From contig NC_043009.1 of assembly GCF_006345805.1 (NCBI RefSeq), forward strand, positions 27,714,001 to 27,778,000: a stretch of DNA of 64,000 bases. The letters are read 5' to 3'. Shown one piece after another: positions 24,647 through 36,498 of the stretch (its first letter is position 1; every line of letters begins with the position of its first letter). Below the pieces are notes generated by a model. That model saw nothing but the letters and a program-made list of their open reading frames with translations. It did not search any database and was not told where the DNA came from. The stretch comes from Octopus sinensis. Lineage: Eukaryota. A program made the position numbers and the translations under genes.

Positions 24647-24973
24647 CATCATCATCATTATCATTGTCGTTTAACGTTCGCTTTATATACTGGCATGAGT
24701 TGGATGGTTTGACTGAGGACTGGGGAGCCAGAAGGCTGCACCAAGGTCCAGTCTGATCTGGCAGAGTTTCTACAGCTGGATGCCCTTCCTAATGCCAACC
24801 ACTCTGAAAGTGTAGTGGGTGCTTTTATGTGCCACTGGCACAAGGGCCTGTCAGGCGGTTCTGGCAATGACCAGGCTTGAATGTTGTTTTTCATGTCCCA
24901 CTGGCACATGTGCAGGTAAGGTGATGCTGGCAACTATCACGCTCCAATGGTGCTTCTTACGTGCCACTGGCAC
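24646..24973 (-). mobile_element. Retroposon family D with internal TGTGCCACTGGCAC repeats
   Basis: (CAT)n tail, then GTTTAACGTTCGCTTT...CAGCTGGATGCCCTTCCTAATGCCAACCACTC and three CCACTGGCAC units. An opposite-orientation copy lies at about 24240-24430. Confidence 0.8.
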
Positions 24974-24991
24974 ACATACATATATAGTATA

Positions 24992-25290
24992 GATGCATGG
25001 CTTAGTGGGTAGGTTGTTGCAATTGCAATTGTGAGATCGTGGGTTCGATTCCTAGACCAGGCATTACATTGTGCTCTTGAGCAAAGCACTCCATTTCATG
25101 TTGCTCTGCAATCTTTTTGACATCTGACATGTGGCACCCAGTTGCACCTGTACAGGTAATGTCGATCTGATGGAGGGAGTGAACTCATATCTACATAAAC
25201 ATTTAATCACTATATACAAATCATCTGTGTGGTTGTTCAGTAAGAAAGCATCAAACCCTCATACATCGTCTAATGACGGGAGAGTCCATT
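24992..25290 (+). mobile_element. tRNA-derived SINE related to family C
   Basis: A-box TGGCTTAGTGG and B-box GGTTCGATTCC, followed by TTGTGCTCTTGAGCAAAGCACT. Confidence 0.75.
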
Positions 25291-26353
25291 ATATATATGC
25301 CCATACATATGTATATGTGTATGTATGTGTGTACACAACTGTTTCTTTCAGTTTCTTTTTACTAAATCCACATACAAGGCTTTGGTGAGCCTGGGGTTAT
25401 AATAGAAGGCACCTGTTGAAGATGCCTCACAGCAGAGTTGAATTCGAAACCATGTAGTTGGGAAGCAAACAATCATGATTTCATTGCAATCAAATTTAGA
25501 AGAATTCAAAAAATGCATTTTATCAGATTTTTTTTCTCTCCCCTGTGGAAAATGCTAGTGTAGAATCGCAAAGTTTCTAAAATGGACATAATTGCGTTTT
25601 CTTAATTGGTATATTCTATAAAGTTGACTTAATTATTCAAGTATTAAATATGGCAGATATAAGAGAGAGCGTAAGAAAAAGAAATGCCATTAACTTCCTG
25701 TTGAGAATTATGCATTTTTGTGCATTTGTCTGTAATGTCATTACTTAAAAGAATATAACTTTATTATGCGAACTTGAAATATAGCATAGCTTTTAGCAAG
25801 TGCATTAATCTAATCACCACACTGATTCTGTACTTATATGCTTTAGAACTCCATCAGTGTGCCAGTATACAATGCTGATATAATACAACTAATGAATGAA
25901 ATTATAATAATACAGCAGTCAGGGTTAACATTCTAAGCTTCTATAACCTGCTGGTTGTTAAAATGTTCATTGAAATAATATGTCGATATCGTTATGCTAA
26001 ATAAGAGCAGCAAGCATATAAAACAATAGAATAATGATTGTATTATTATGTTCTACAGGTATGTTAGAAACAACAGACATTTGTGCATTTGGTGGTTGGC
26101 AGGAAACATTTTAAACAAAAAGTAAACATCAAGGAATAATTAAAACAGAAAATAGAAACTGAAAGAAAATAAAAAAATAAAATGAAATTCTTATAATGAC
26201 ACTAATAAAAGTGAAATAAAAATCATAAAGCTTGAACAAATTGGTAATTACATATTATTTTGAGATAGAGACTGACATTAAATTAAACAGTCTGTTTCAT
26301 TAATTAATCCAGATATATTTATATATATATATATATTATATATATATATATCA

Positions 26354-26410
<57 letters not shown>

Positions 26411-26730
26411 AGATATAGATATATAGCTATAGATATATAGATATAGATATATAGATATATTTATATATAACGTTTTATTTATGTTTTATATCATTCATAT
26501 ATGTACATATATATAATGTTTTATATAAATATATATACATAAATTCATATATATGTTCATATACATACACACATATGCAAAATCATGCACCCACACATCC
26601 ACACACACATATAGACATATATGTATAATATATATATATATATATATATATGAATATATAATTCATACATATATATTTTCACACACAGATATATATGCAT
26701 ATGTACATACATACATACATACATAATTAC

Positions 26731-26780
<50 letters not shown>

Positions 26781-28330
26781 TTATATATATGCATATATAT
26801 GAGTGTGTATACATACTGAAAAGGTGTTGTGTTAGCTGCCTCAAATTGGCTTTAAAATGGAAATAATATTTATATTTGCAATCTTTATTGACATTTTAGT
26901 TTTTAAGAGAAATTATGCTTCCAAGAATTTTACAAATATAAAATGTTTCTCTTGGAGAATTTCTAATGGAAGAATTTTGACAGCGATTGTCAATATTGGA
27001 AAGATTAATTACTTCTGATTACATTTGCATACACACACACACACACCACACACACACACACACATATATATACATAAAAATATGTTAATATGCACAATCC
27101 CACACAAGCATAGGTGCATACATATATACCTGTATAAATGGTGAACCAGATTTTCAAGCATGTTTGAAGAAAAACGGCTTTTTAATGATTTTCTATATTT
27201 ATTATCTCACTTCTGTTGTTTTATTGTTGTTTTGGGGATTTTGTATGCAAATTTACATAGATTTATGATAACAATGCTTCAAGGTTACATGATCTCATCA
27301 TCTATATAACTCAGTGTATGCACTTGTAAATGTGCAGATGTTTGTGTGTGTGTGTAAATATGTGTGTCTGTCTGTGTAGACATAAATATGCATGTTTCTG
27401 TTGATATACATACATACATATATCATTATTTATATACTATATATATATATATATATTTTTAACACATACATATGTACATGTATACATATATGAATATGTG
27501 TATATATATATATATGTATATATGTATTTTATATATTATAAATATACATATATATACATGCATACACACATATACATACATGGATACATACACATAGATA
27601 TTTGTACAGGACACATAGCATTAGACGCAACAGGTAACAAAATCAAAGTTAATAGATGCACACATGTACATGATAATTTATTCACACAAACACACAGGTA
27701 TTAGAATATTAGACACTGAGGCCCACAATGCCACTTATAAACTAGTAATAAACAATTTCTAATGGATAGTAATACAAACATAACCATTTGATATTAATAG
27801 GTGTACTAAGATAATTATTATCCTTAATTAGAATATGGAAAATATACTTCATAGTTACTCCCAACAGATAAAGTTATTGGAAGATATTAACAATTCTTTT
27901 TAGAAGTCTATTTATCTCATGTAAATATGACCAAATAGTAAATGAATTGCTTGAGTGTTTTTCTAATTATAGATATCAACTAATGAGTGATTAGTCTTCA
28001 CTTAAGTGATAAGGTGAATATTGATTTTTCGTCTTTTTTCTACTGATGTGGCTTTCTGTAGCCTTCTCTATGCACATGGGAGAATTTAGGCATAATGCTA
28101 CAGTTTTATTGAAGCACTCATCAATCATATGGTTTCAGTACTACCACCACAGCCACTGTTTACTTACTGTGGTAGTTATTTACAATGAAGTTAAACATAA
28201 AATAAAGGATTTTTTTTTAAACCTAATGTATGACAAGTTTTTATTTATAGCTGATTTGCACCGAGATACAACATTAATAAAGAACTTATTTACATATCTC
28301 TCAATGCTTCTACATTTAAGTACTAAATGT

Positions 28331-28657
28331 GAGTGAAAGCACATGGTTTAGTGGTTAGGGCATTTAGTTCACAATTAAAAGGTTGTGAGTTCAATTCCCG
28401 ATGACGCATTGTGTCCTTGAGCAAAACGCTTTATTTCACGTTGCTCCAGTCCACTCAGCTGGCAAAAATAGGTAGTACTTGCATTTCAAAGGGCCAGCCT
28501 TGTCACCCTCTGTGTCACACTGATTCTCCCTGAGAACTGTGTTAAGGGTACACATGTCTGTGGAGTGCTCAGCCACTTGCACGTTAATTTCACAAGCAAG
28601 CTGTTCCATTGATTGTATCAGCTGGGACCCTACTTGTAACCGATGGAGTGCTTCTTT
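28331..28657 (+). mobile_element. tRNA-derived SINE family C, 10-bp TSD
   Basis: A/B boxes and TGTGTCCTTGAGCAAAACGCTTTATTTCACGTTGCTCCAGTCCACTCAGCTGG; TSD TACTAAATGT; colinear with 53760-54088. Confidence 0.9.
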
Positions 28658-29098
28658 TACTAAATGTAAATAAACCTACATTCTGGTAACATTAAAGCAT
28701 CTAATTTGATAGCAGTTTGCTCAATGTAATGGTAGCACATCTGTGTACATTACTGAAGATTTGGGTTTCAAATCCCACAGGTGGCTTTCCACTCTTTTAT
28801 TTTTACCATCTAATGATTTTTTTTTAATCCAATGTATTAAAAGCTTTTATTTATACCTGAATTCACTTAGAGACCAAATCATTTATAAAGATTTATTTAC
28901 ATATTTGTTGATGTCCCTGGGTTTGCTTTCTAAGCATAAATGAAATATATTACCTGAAACATGTATAAACACAGAAAGAATGAGAGTAATTGATTCAAAA
29001 GCCTTCACTTGCAAAATTGTAGATGGCATGGAATGAGTTAATGCTAGGATGTTTCCACATGGCTAGCAACCTCCACTGCGAATTCTTATATCACCACC

Positions 29099-29131
<33 letters not shown>

Positions 29132-29496
29132 GACAGCAGCTGCAGCAGCTTGCATGGGTCAGATGATAGTACACTGGGGCAGAATTTCTATGGTTGGATA
29201 CCCTTCTTGTTCCCAACCCCCACATGTTTCCTGTTTCCTAATGTGGATACAATCACCCAGTATATCAAATAACAAATACACTCACAAGGCCTTAATCACC
29301 TTGGGTACCATAACAGAAAATACTTGCTTAAGGTACCACACAGTAGGACTGAACTCAAAAGTGCATCATTTGGAACAGAACTTTTAAACTTTTAACCACA
29401 GAGCCACATGTGTGGCTCTGCTTTCAAGAGAAATATATGCTAGAAAACTACTATTTGTAAATCTCACAACGAGAGATTTCCAGCAACAGTACTTTG

Positions 29497-29624
29497 GAGT
29501 AAAGATTATTTGCCAACATAACATGGCAGTCCTGGTTTGGGGCAAATGTCTCCTGTGGTTAAATTACAGCAACATTCGTCCTAAACCAGGACTGCCATGT
29601 TATGTTGGCAAATAATCTTTACTC
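29497..29624. mobile_element. 128-bp foldback MITE with perfect 42-bp inverted arms
   Basis: GAGTAAAGATTATTTGCCAACATAACATGGCAGTCCTGGTTT (29497-29538) is the exact reverse complement of 29583-29624. Confidence 0.9.
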
Positions 29625-30524
29625 AAGAAATATAAGCTGTTGGACGAAATATATATATACATACAATGCCATGTGGCAGTCGTAAGTAGTTACAAACCAA
29701 CGATGGATGCTTAGACAGTCGGCAGATCTCTCTATAACTCAGCTGTTGTTACTCTCATACCGCCAAAATAAACTTTGCCATTTGTAATTCCAAGGTTGAT
29801 AAAATAAATTACCAATGATAATTTAGAACAGGAATAATTGACTGTATCTTCCCAAGATGTCAGTCTTGGTACCTATTTATATATAAAACAACAGCAACAA
29901 CAACCACAACAACAACAATGAAACAATGAAACAACAACAAACCAATATTAAGAATGATGAAGGTATTGGAATGCGAGTCAGGAGGTAAGCATATGTCTAT
30001 GTCTATCTAGAATGTTCTTAGGAAACACAACATAAAGAACCAGTAAGTTATCTGATATGACATCAACATCATGATCTGTAATATCAGGTCAACGCTGGAC
30101 CAATCTCAATCATGCTCTAACAAATTTGTCATTGATTAGAAATCGATTTAGTATCGAATTCTCCATGTTAGAAACATGTCAGATATAAGCTAATAATGAA
30201 TGCTATGTTTTGATCTCAGCCAAAAGGCTGAACCAACAAGAAATGTCATAGACTTGCTAGAAATAGCAATGAGATTTCCCCACCCAAAATCACAGTTGAT
30301 CGTCTTAAAGAAGGTATGAAGTACACGTTGGATAATATAGTTCTTGACATGGCATAGTTGTGAAAAGATGAAAAAAAAAAAATGACATGAAATGATTATG
30401 GCTTGGATGCCACTAATCAGAACATAACCATTGTGGGTAGGGTGGGGGTGCGGAAGCTAAGCGGCAATCATTACTTGGCAAGCTATGCTAAGTATTGAGA
30501 ATAGAATTCAGGCGTAAAATTATC

Positions 30525-30935
30525 ATCCTCATCACCACCACCACCACTACCACCGCCACCATCATAACCGTCGTCATCACCATCATAACCATCATCACCA
30601 CCATCACTACCATCACCATCATAACCATCATCACCACCATCACCATCATAACCATCATCATCACCATCACCATCATAACCATCGTCATCACCATCATAAC
30701 CATCATCACCACCATCACCACCATCACCATCATAACCATCATCACCACCATCACCATCATAACCAACGTCATCACCATCATAACCATCATCACTGCCATC
30801 ATATTCATCACCACCATCACTACAATCACAATCATAACCATCATCACCATCACAATCATAACAATCATCACCATCATAACCATCATCATCACCATCATAA
30901 TCACCCCCACCATCCCCACCATCACCCCCACCACA
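30525..30935. repeat. (ACC/ATC/ATA)n degenerate satellite with a recurring ACCATCATAACCATCATCACC unit
   Basis: Read directly; accounts for the T/I-rich and M/V-rich ORFs. Confidence 0.9.
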
Positions 30936-31352
30936 CCATCGTATTTACTGATGTGTTTTGTTGTCTGCCAAGCAGATAATAATTCATAGGGTCTACACTG
31001 AACAGCAGGAGTCCAAACAATGACAAGAAAGAATAGATACGTGCATTATTGTGAATTAATTATGTCTCAAAGAGAATACCAAAACATTTTATCAACAATT
31101 CAGTGAAGTTTGATGCAAAACTGACCATCAACTTTCCAGTTTGAGCCATTCAAGTTGAGCTTCTTCACTAGTGAATTTGGTTATGTGGGTCAATAGCTTG
31201 AACAAGTACAGGCTTGCTGGGTGATTGTCATCATTATCATCGTCACCACCACCACCACCACAAGAGGTGTTTAGAAGAGGGACTAAGAAGTTCAGAGGGC
31301 TAATTTATGTATATATAAATATACATATATATACACTCACATATATATATAT

Positions 31353-31401
<49 letters not shown>

Positions 31402-31479
31402 TATATATACCGGAGTAAACACATAAATGTGAAACAAGGTGGAAAAAGAGTACTCAAATACCAGGGGTAGAGTAATATG

Positions 31480-31583
31480 CTTTATTCAAAAGCAGCAGAA
31501 ATTCAACAAAACCTGTTACTCAGAGTTTCACGTTCCCGTTCGTCGGACAGTTTTTGTTCAATTTCTGCTGCTTTTAAATAAAG
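31480..31583 (-). ncRNA. Hammerhead-ribozyme-like motif closed by a 37-bp stem I (Penelope-like repeat)
   Basis: Minus strand ACTGT-CCGACGA-ACG(GGAA)CGT-GAAA-CTC(T)GAG-TA-ACAGG; inverted arms at 31480-31516 and 31547-31583; core carries U4C. Confidence 0.6.
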
Positions 31584-31689
31584 TATATATATATATATAC
31601 ACATATACATGTATACACTTATAGATAGATACTATCCCTTATAGAGAGATACCTTAGTTGGTGGATTCACAACCTCTAATTCTCTTTGA

Positions 31690-31726
<37 letters not shown>

Positions 31727-31836
31727 ATATATATGTAATGTATATAGGGGAGTATTCACAAAAAAACAAAAGACAAAGACAGGTGGTGTAGAAAACGAAC
31801 AGATGTATTAGTGTAACGCTCAGGAATTGAAAAAGT

Positions 31837-31872
31837 CTTTTACGTTTCGAGCTGATGCTCTTCCACAGAAAG
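31837..31872 (-). ncRNA. Degenerate minimal hammerhead-like motif in a Penelope-like fragment (about 31745-31950)
   Basis: CTTT-CTGTGGA-A-GAGC(ATCA)GCTC-GAAA-CG-TA-AAAG; A6 is replaced by U. Confidence 0.45.
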
Positions 31873-31970
31873 GAACACAGAAAGAAACAAGGAGAGAAAT
31901 AAGGAGAGAAAAAAAATGTTTGTAGTGGCTACTGATCTATCATGGTGACATATATATATATATACACACA

Positions 31971-32192
31971 TACAAGGCAGAGTATTGAAAAGTTCCTGGT
32001 TTGAGTAAAAGAAGATACAAGAGGATCAGTTAATTATGATTTTATTCAACATATTCCCCTCTCAGATTAATGCACTTATTGCAGCAGTCCTTCAGATTTT
32101 CTAGGCCCTGTAAAAATTCTCAGAGGGCTGGGCCTCCAGCCAGGCTTTTCATGATACCCCTAAAGCCAGGAACTTTTTAGCACCCCCTTGAA
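31971..32192. mobile_element. Mariner-like MITE
   Basis: TIR-like TACAAGGCAGAGTATTGAAAAGTTCCTGG / CCAGGAACTTTTTAGCACCCCCTTG; colinear with 60202-60423. Confidence 0.8.
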
Positions 32193-32244
32193 GACCTATT
32201 TAACACTGTGTTTTATACATAAATATTTTATTCAATTGTTTTAA

Positions 32245-32700
32245 CGAGGTAGCAAGCTGGGAAAATTGTTAGCAGGCTGGGCAAAATATTTAGTGGCATT
32301 TCATGTGTCCTCATGTTCTGAGTTCAAATTCAACAAAGGTCAACTCTACCTTTCATCCATTTCGGGATTCATAAAATAAGTACCAGTAGAGCACTAGGGG
32401 TCAATGTAACTGACTTAACCTCCTCCTCCAAAATTGCTGGCCTTGTACCAAAATTTGAAATCAATATATCAAGGCAATGAGCTGGCAGCATTGTTGGCAC
32501 ACTGGCACATGGGGCAGAATGCATAGTGGCATTTCATACATCCTTACGTTCTGAGTTCAAATCCCATCAGGACGATTTTACCTTTCATCCATTATGGGGG
32601 GGCCAATAAAATAAGAACCAGGAGAGCACTGGGGTCGATGTAATTGACTTATTCCTCCCCTCTCCCGAAATTGCTGGCCCTCTGCAAAATTTGAAATCCA
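32245..32700 (+). mobile_element. Two tandem family A SINEs
   Basis: Copies at about 32245-32462 and 32470-32700, each ending ...AAATTTGAAATC. Confidence 0.85.
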
Positions 32701-34013
32701 TATATTAGCTGAGAGGCCTGAAGCAACATTTTCGGCTCAAGAATACAACATATTGCCTGGTCAAGGAATTGAAAGCATGATCTTGTGATTATGAGAAAAG
32801 ATAAACCTTCTTAAGTTATACTGATTCAGAAGGCCCAGTTTCATAGTTTCAGGGCATAAAAATTCCCCAAATGGACATTTTTGCCAGCCAAGTGGACTGG
32901 AGCAAAGTTAAATGAAGTGTTTTGCTAAAGAACACAATGCATCACCTGATCCAGGAATCAAAACCGCAATCTTACAATCACTAGCACAACACCTTAACCA
33001 CTGGGCCACACACCTAGTTTTTCCATTCAAATACAAGCTGAAGTCTTCGAGGTTGTTCTAAAAACTCTGTCTGCTTTCAAGCAATTGTATTTCTTTAAGT
33101 CATTGTAAAACTATATCAGTGGTTTCCATCATCAACGTGTTTGATCAGAATGTTATCAAAGAATCATTCAAAATACAGTAAAAAGTCTTTCATAAAAATC
33201 TCATAGAATATAATATTTTTTATGTAATTTAATCACCATTTTGCCATGATCTGTGCTGCATCCAATCTTATTTGGTGTCATATGAAAACTGAAGATCTTT
33301 TCTGTCGAAGAATTTAAGTTCTTATTTCAGAGATTTGAACATACATAAATTTATAGAGATATTTTTTTACATGTCTTCTTGTTGGAATCATTGAATTTCA
33401 AGACATTTTATCAGACTTTATCTTAAATCTTAGTCTTAATTTTTTTATACGTATAGATTTCACTGCAATATTGAAGCTAATTAAATTTAGAATAAGACAT
33501 ACAAACGAATAAAGAGATAAGAATGTATTATAAGGGAGTGTTTGCTTGTAAAAGTGGTTTTTCTTTGTTTCCTCCTGTTTTGCTTGCTGGAGCAATGGAA
33601 TATGTATGAGAAAGAGAGAGAGACAGAAAGAGAGGGAGAAAGTGTGTTTACAATGGAAGGAAATAGAAGATTACTTGAAATTAAAATGAAACAGATTAGA
33701 AACAAGCTGCTAAAAGATAGATTGATGGTGTATCGTAACATCAGGCAAAAAGTAAACTAAGACAGTAAAAGGGGATTTATGGAAATTTTAAAAAGGGAGA
33801 AGGAGATTGTAAAAGGGCTGATGAAAAGAAATCAGGGGACAATGTCAGATTACAGTCAGCTCGCAAGAAGATATGAAAGTGAGTGCGAAAGAAATGCATA
33901 CGTGAAAACACTCATTTGCATACAAGCAATGCAACTGAGAACTTGGACGCTTTCACATGCACATCTAATCAATAAACAAGACAAAAAATACAGATAATTG
34001 TTGAAGCATGCAC

Positions 34014-34044
<31 letters not shown>

Positions 34045-34117
34045 TACAGACGTACACATGTACACATTCTTATATATATATATATATATATACAGACATA
34101 CAGATACAGATGCTTAC

Positions 34118-34277
34118 ACTTATGGTGAAACAATGCGAAAAGAATGGTTGCCTCTTCCCTGTATGAGTAATGTATTGTCAATTAAAGAGGTTGAAATATA
34201 TACATAACGGTAGAACTGAAAACCACAAAAGGTCCCTGTTATTATATGCATTACAACATTACTTTATAGGCGGAAGT
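34118..34277 (-). promoter_or_regulatory. Candidate promoter / non-coding exon
   Basis: Minus strand ACTTCCGCC (ETS-like) directly followed by TATAAAG; TCAGTT at 34219-34214; donor AGT|GTAAGC at 34117; lies in a ~3 kb stretch free of SINEs. Confidence 0.25.
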
Positions 34278-36443
34278 CATGGGAGAGGTTCCAGATAATT
34301 GAGGGATTTGTTGAATAAATGACAATATGAATAAAAGAGAAAATGAATGAGGAGAAAGAAAAAAATAAACAAAAATGATAAATGTGAGAAAGAAAATAAG
34401 ATGAAGAGTTTATCTGAGGGAAATTTATAAAAGAGAAAATAGTGAAAACAAAATCGTGGTTTTTTTATTGAATTTGTGATAAAATAATAGTGAATGAAAG
34501 AAACAAAAAAAGATACAAAAAAAAAGAAAAACTTGCAACAATCTATGATCATGTAAGGTTGGAGGTGTAGAAGTTTCTGTACCAAAGTTTATTTTGAAAA
34601 CTAAGAGGGGAATAACCCAACAGTCAATTTGAAGAGAACTGGAAAAAATATATTTAGTAAAAATAAGAAACAAATATAATTTTAAAAAAAAGTACGTTAA
34701 AGTCTGTCTTAGATACAAATTTTTTTTGTTTTAGATAAAATATACAATAAGAGAGTGAGTGAAGGAGTAAGCGAGTGGAATGAATAAAGTAAAGGATAAA
34801 GAATGAAATAAATACAAATAAATTGAAGAAAGAATTGTCTTTGATTTGAAGAAAGGAAACAAAACAAAGGATAGAAGAATAAAAATATAAAGAAAAAACA
34901 GAACAAAGCGAATTAAGACAATGTTAGATTAACAAATAAAGGATGAAAATTGAATGAAAGAATTTAAAAAAATAACAATAATCAAATAACAATAAAGAAA
35001 ATAAACAATTATCCAGTCACTAAAAGAAAGAAATAAAAAAAGGAGAAAGAAATGGAGTAAAACAAACGATAAGAATGAGGAATAAATAGTAAAGATAAAA
35101 AAGAGATGGTAGGTAGGGTGTTTATTGTCAAGGGAGTGGGTACATTGAATGAATGAGTCGGTGAATAAGTTGGTTTGCACAAAACAACAATCTGTACTAA
35201 ATGAATAATTTTCTTTCATGTTACAAACTCCTTCCATCATTACATTCCTTTATCCCCTGCACTTTTCCTCTACGCAATTATCTCCCTTTATCTCATTTAC
35301 ACTTTCTCTACACCATAACTATCATCTCTACAAATTCCACCAAAGACAAAAAAAAAAAATAGAACGAAGTCTGAATAAATTTTAAAAGTTAATATTTCAC
35401 TAATGAAGGAATTTTTTTAAGAGTATGGACTTCATATTATTTACGTTATTTCTGATATATATATATATATAAACTATATATATATAGTTTATATATATAT
35501 AGTCTATTTATACACACACACACATATATATATATATACTATTTATATATATAAATTTTTTAGCTGTATTGAATAGAAAAACAATGAAAATGTTTTTGTA
35601 GATCTTTGATTTTATTTTTCAGTTATTTTTCTTTTGCCATTTTTTTTGTTCAGTGTAAAACCCTAATGTTTTTGTATGAATGAAAAGTTTTGCTGTGATA
35701 AATGATAATTTAGTAAGCCTTGTAGCAAGATAAAAAAAAAAGACACTAAAATAACAAATGTATAAGAAAACAAAAAAGATCTGTGGTGATATAGATTTTA
35801 TTGGTGGATGCTAAAACAATGCAAAATTTGTGTGTTATAGCCTTAATAATAATATGTTGTCAATAATTCAGTTATAATAATGATAATCTTAAAGAACAGA
35901 ATTTTTGACAATGTTTTTGTTACAAAAGAGAGTAAGGAAAATCCTAACTAAAATTGAATTATTTTTCAGCTTTAGTGAATATCTGACAGAAACAGTGGAG
36001 AGAAATTTTTGCTGATTATTAATGGTCAGATAAACAAGAACTTTTTAAATAGATAAATCTCAGTGTGTTTATACCAACCATTTAAATGAAAGTCTACTCA
36101 ATTCACCTGTGTATTACTGGTATTTGCCTTACACCAAAATTCATAAAAATGATTAAAACTGCATTATCAGAAATTAAAAGGATTTATTAAAAAAGAAAAA
36201 ACCCTCAGAAGATTAATAACAATGTATTTAGATGGAGAGATTTTCGTGATAGAACTGTATGACTGGATGCTTTTCCTGTCATCAAACTTCACCTTTTGAA
36301 TTAAAGAATGGAATATTTCATTCCAGAAGTTTCCAAATGACTAGTCATAATGACAACAAGGAATGTTAACATTCATGTGCATGCTTTCATGCATATACAC
36401 ATATAAACATGTGCCTCTCTATATACATGCCTCTCTCTATTGT

Positions 36444-36498
<55 letters not shown>

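Noticed and set aside
28708-28790. tRNA gene
   Set aside because: A/B-box-like remnants but no closable cloverleaf; more likely a decayed SINE head. The same applies to all SINE heads in the window.
30488-30989. Mucin-like Thr/Ile-rich 164-aa protein
   Set aside because: Pure ACC/ATC/ATA satellite that is open in several frames by composition.
35460-35501. 42-bp perfect palindrome
   Set aside because: Mostly self-complementary (TA)n with only AAAC/GTTT as informative bases; a trivial microsatellite fold-back.
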